From: Amoeboradix gromovi X-113
Taxonomy: Eukaryota > Fungi > Sanchytriomycota
Assembly: GCA_018985225.1 (NCBI GenBank)
Contig: JADGIF010000009.1
Span: forward strand, 1-32,000
Direction: 5' to 3'
Length of the DNA: 32,000 nucleotides
The notes under the pieces were generated by a model. It saw only the letters and a list, made by a program, of their open reading frames with translations. It was not told the origin of the DNA and made no database searches. Below are positions 28,603 to 32,000 of this stretch, piece after piece. The stretch's first letter is position 1. Every line of letters starts with the position of its first letter. Both the position numbers and the translations under genes were made by a program.

Positions 28603-30450
28603 TCAAGGTAGTTTGTAATCAGCATTCAGCACTTGTTTTAATAATGATCCAATTGCGAATCCATTTATAATTCCCATAAATAAAGCGATTCCAGTAAGAT
28701 CATCTTGACCCATACAAATAATATTTCCTGAATCACCATGGACATTCTGTAGGCGTTTATCGCTGTACTTGAAGCATATTTCAGTTGTAATGTTATTATT
28801 GAGCCAATTGCAGATGTAAACATTGGAATGAAAAATCAATGGATGATGGGACTTGTAGCCTAATACTCCATAGTCACACTCTTTTATTAGACCTGCAGCA
28901 GCTGCATTTATACTGCTAGTCTCTCCTAAAAGGGTATTTGTACATGATACTGTATCCGGTACTTTGATGTATGCAACATCTTTCCATTTTAAATGGCCTT
29001 GTATCATTTCAATCTCATGTACATAATTTGCAATAGTGTTAAAGGACTGCATATGATACATTGGACTGGGTGCAGTTTGCGGATGTTTGTAATGCCTATT
29101 GATCACTTTGTTTTCCAATGGCTGACCATGCGTAATGGTCACCTTGACTCCTTGCTCTGAACCCAAAGTATTTGTTAGAGCATGTCCAGCAGTAACAATC
29201 CATTTAGAGTTGTTGAATTCAACAATCATACCTACACTAGCAATGTTAATGCTTGAATCAGTTTTGATTTCAATTTGACATCCCGGATGAATATCTACAT
29301 GATGTGTAGAATTAAAGGGTGTACACCCCGAATGGTGTCTTTTTAATTTGACAAATGCATCTGAAATGATACATATTTTGTAGTAATAAAGATGCAATTC
29401 CGCAAGAAGAGAGATATCTTTTAAAGCAACACAAATAACGGGTCTACTATTTACTATCACTGGAATGATATAGGATAGTTGATGGTTTTTAAATGTTTTT
29501 AATAAATCAGATGTCAGGAAACGTTGGATTTCTAAATCAGCTTCATGCAAACTTTGTCGATGCTCGGCTGGACAAAAGTCTAATAAATCGGAATAACTTT
29601 GGAATCTATCCATATGACTTGTACGAATCGGTCTTAAACATTCGTGTGCAATTTGTGTATATTCATCGTTGTAATACTCTAACAATTTTACCAAATGGTT
29701 GGATGTTGGAGAATCGCCCGTGTTATAGACACGAATCCATTGAATAGGACTATTTAAACTAGACTTTTTGTAAAAATAATCCACAATGAACAAATCAGTG
29801 TACAAGTCATGCTCCATTTTGAATAATCCATGATGAAAAGAAAGATTGCTCAATAAAATATCAGCATTTTGAATATTTGAATTTGTAGAAATGAAGGTTA
29901 ATATGTTTTGTTTTAATTGGGTCGGATTTGGGTGTAGCAATCGGATGCATTCAGAATTTGGATTCGGTAGAATTATTGTGAATTTAGAATTGAATTTTTT
30001 GGTTTGCCACTCTGTTCCATAAAATGACAGTGATGGAGATATGATAGATACAGAGTCGGCAGAACTTTCAGATTTCATAAATTCGGATTTCAAGTCTTGG
30101 AAATTGAAAAAAGAACAATGATAAGATTTATTTGCCTTCATTCTTTCAGACACAATTTCCAATATTGTAACAGCATCATCTGATGGGTAGTTGCCTAATT
30201 CCATGATTACCGGTTTGACAAAAATGTTAGATTTCATAGTTAGGGGTAACAACGAAAGAAAAAAGAGATCAGATTTAGATTGTGTATAATGCGATATATT
30301 CCAGAAGAATACCGTGACTCTTTCAATAAATTTATGACATCTAGCTTGGTTCTCGTGTGAGATTGTGGCCAGGTATGTGGCGCGTCTAGCATGTGAAATA
30401 TCTAAAGCTCGATTGTTTTCTTGATTAAATAATTTATCGCGAATTTGCAT
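28603..30450 (-). CDS. 615-aa protein with C-terminal trypsin-like serine protease domain; start codon lies inside element copy E
   Basis: Catalytic triad motifs WIVTAGH, KDVAYIKV and HGDSG. The first 15 codons derive from the transposon left end. Confidence 0.75.
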   Translation of the reverse strand: MQIRDKLFNQENNRALDISHARRATYLATISHENQARCHKFIERVTVFFWNISHYTQSKSDLFFLSLLPLTMKSNIFVKPVIMELGNYPSDDAVTILEIVSERMKANKSYHCSFFNFQDLKSEFMKSESSADSVSIISPSLSFYGTEWQTKKFNSKFTIILPNPNSECIRLLHPNPTQLKQNILTFISTNSNIQNADILLSNLSFHHGLFKMEHDLYTDLFIVDYFYKKSSLNSPIQWIRVYNTGDSPTSNHLVKLLEYYNDEYTQIAHECLRPIRTSHMDRFQSYSDLLDFCPAEHRQSLHEADLEIQRFLTSDLLKTFKNHQLSYIIPVIVNSRPVICVALKDISLLAELHLYYYKICIISDAFVKLKRHHSGCTPFNSTHHVDIHPGCQIEIKTDSSINIASVGMIVEFNNSKWIVTAGHALTNTLGSEQGVKVTITHGQPLENKVINRHYKHPQTAPSPMYHMQSFNTIANYVHEIEMIQGHLKWKDVAYIKVPDTVSCTNTLLGETSSINAAAAGLIKECDYGVLGYKSHHPLIFHSNVYICNWLNNNITTEICFKYSDKRLQNVHGDSGNIICMGQDDLTGIALFMGIINGFAIGSLLKQVLNADYKLP

Positions 30451-30725
30451 GCATTTTTGTATTATTTCAAGACTTTTCCAGATTTTTCTAATAGCTCAAA
30501 TACTCGATATTCTTCCTTTTCGCAAATGATATATGGAAACAAAGTATCACTTGAAGATAGATAGAGACCGTATGGCTGCAAGGAACATATACAAGTATAT
30601 GCATCCTTATTTAATCCCGCCTCAGGGTAGTGAAAGCATGAGCAATCACTGTAATGGAGAAACTAGCATTAGTTTCTCTGTGGAAATTCTCGATTTTCTC
30701 GGAAATCAGGACTTTTAACGAGGAG
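30406..30725 (+). mobile_element. Minimal (320 bp) non-autonomous IS607/Fanzor2 element, copy E
   Basis: Left end AGCTCGATTGTTTTCTTG joined almost directly to HLKIDRDRMAARNI and the right end TAACGAGGAG. Confidence 0.92.
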
Positions 30726-31253
30726 AAAAACTCATACCAAATTTTAAATGTCTCATGGAGTTTTCAAGGAAAGGTAAAGTTTTAGACTCTTCAATCAGAA
30801 TTGGTGCGATTGCTTCCACAATTTCTAAAGATCGCATTACAGAAGATACAAAAGATATCTTGAGTCACCTCTTTTATAATCTTTTGTTCTTTAATAGTAT
30901 ATTCGTTTTTTCGTATGTTTGTAATAATTTTAGTGGTTTATTCACTTTTTCTAGATTACCAGTCATAAATTTGTAAACCCTTTCTTGAATGACAATATCT
31001 GAAATACCAATAGACATACTTAACTTTGTTTAACAAGTAATATTATATTTACTAAATGGATTACTTTTGCTGAATGTGCTGGTGTTAGCCATGATTTTAT
31101 AGTTGGTGAAATGATATAATAAAATTTGCAGTAAAGACGCGATACCATCTTATGAGTTTTTGGGTATCTAACACTTCATGTCTCATTTTCTTTTCATGTC
31201 TTTTACCCCACAGATCCACTTTTGTCCTACATGTCAATTATTTTTATAAACAA

Positions 31254-32000
31254 ATGGAGAGCGATCCACTCATGCTAGGACCACCAGTGACATTTTTAAA
31301 CTCAGTTCCAATTGCGTTTAAACAAACTAAGATCAACTATCTTGTTGTACTAATTCCTTTCGCCATCCTTAGTGGTATTCTTGGGTGGGGAAGTGTCTCG
31401 GTCTTTTGGCTCAATTTTTTTGCGATTATTCCATTAGCTAGTTTACTAGGATTTGCAACCGAAGAATTGTCGAAGACTGTTGGTACAACTATCGGTGGCT
31501 TGTTAAATGCTACTTTTGGCAATACCGTCGAATTGCTAGTCAGCATATTTGCGTTGCGTAGCGGAATGATCACAGTCGTTCAGAATTCATTGTTGGGTAG
31601 CATTCTAAGCAATCTGTTACTCGTTCTTGGATTTTCTTTTCTCTGCGGAGGTGTGAAAAATGGCGACCAAAAGTTTAATCAACAGGCTGCTCAAACAAGC
31701 GCCTCTCTGCTAGGTTTGACTGTGCTTGCGTTAATAATTCCTGCAGCATTAATGTCTAATTCTTCAGTCTTAGATCTGTATTCAACTCACAGTAACATTC
31801 TTTCTTTGAGTAGAGGCGTCGCCATTATTTTACTTGTTATGTATGGTTTATATCTCTTGTTTCAATTAAAAACACACAGATACATGTACGAGGGTGATGA
31901 GATGGAAGAGTCACCGATAGTAACCCGTGGCTTCTCAATATTCTTGCTGGTTACCACTACTTTAATTGTTGCTGTATGCTCTGATTATCTTGTAGATTCA
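31254..32000 (+). CDS. VCX1: Vacuolar Ca2+/H+ exchanger (CAX/Vcx1), truncated by the window end
   Basis: Hand translation gives NFFAIIPLASLLGFATEEL, GGLLNATFGNTVEL, SLLGSILSNLLLVLG and YLLFQLKTH. It is absent from the ORF track because there is no stop in the window. Confidence 0.95.
   Translation, partial: MESDPLMLGPPVTFLNSVPIAFKQTKINYLVVLIPFAILSGILGWGSVSVFWLNFFAIIPLASLLGFATEELSKTVGTTIGGLLNATFGNTVELLVSIFALRSGMITVVQNSLLGSILSNLLLVLGFSFLCGGVKNGDQKFNQQAAQTSASLLGLTVLALIIPAALMSNSSVLDLYSTHSNILSLSRGVAIILLVMYGLYLLFQLKTHRYMYEGDEMEESPIVTRGFSIFLLVTTTLIVAVCSDYLVDS

Overview
A gene-dense, AT-rich eukaryotic window, most consistent with a compact flagellated (zoosporic) early-diverging fungus. It carries RSPH1-like, DUF1748, myosin light chain, HPRT, COX18, VPS26, YIP1, Pol X, ELP5, GYP1, a STE11-type MAP3K and VCX1. 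Four things stand out. (1) Every intron I could resolve (four of four, in four unrelated genes) is exactly 19 nt, with consensus GTAnnT....nTnATnTAG and an invariant A at -6. (2) There are five internally deleted copies of an IS607-like TnpA/Fanzor2 (TnpB-like) element. They are bounded by an AG dinucleotide and keep the right end; four keep a structured ~170-nt 3' segment (candidate omegaRNA scaffold), and each abuts a different flank (candidate guide). (3) A decayed Fanzor1 gene, not called by the ORF track, is interrupted by one of those Fanzor2 elements. (4) Another copy split a serine-protease-domain gene and supplies it with a copy-specific new ATG. All family assignments come from motif recognition by eye; no database searches were run.
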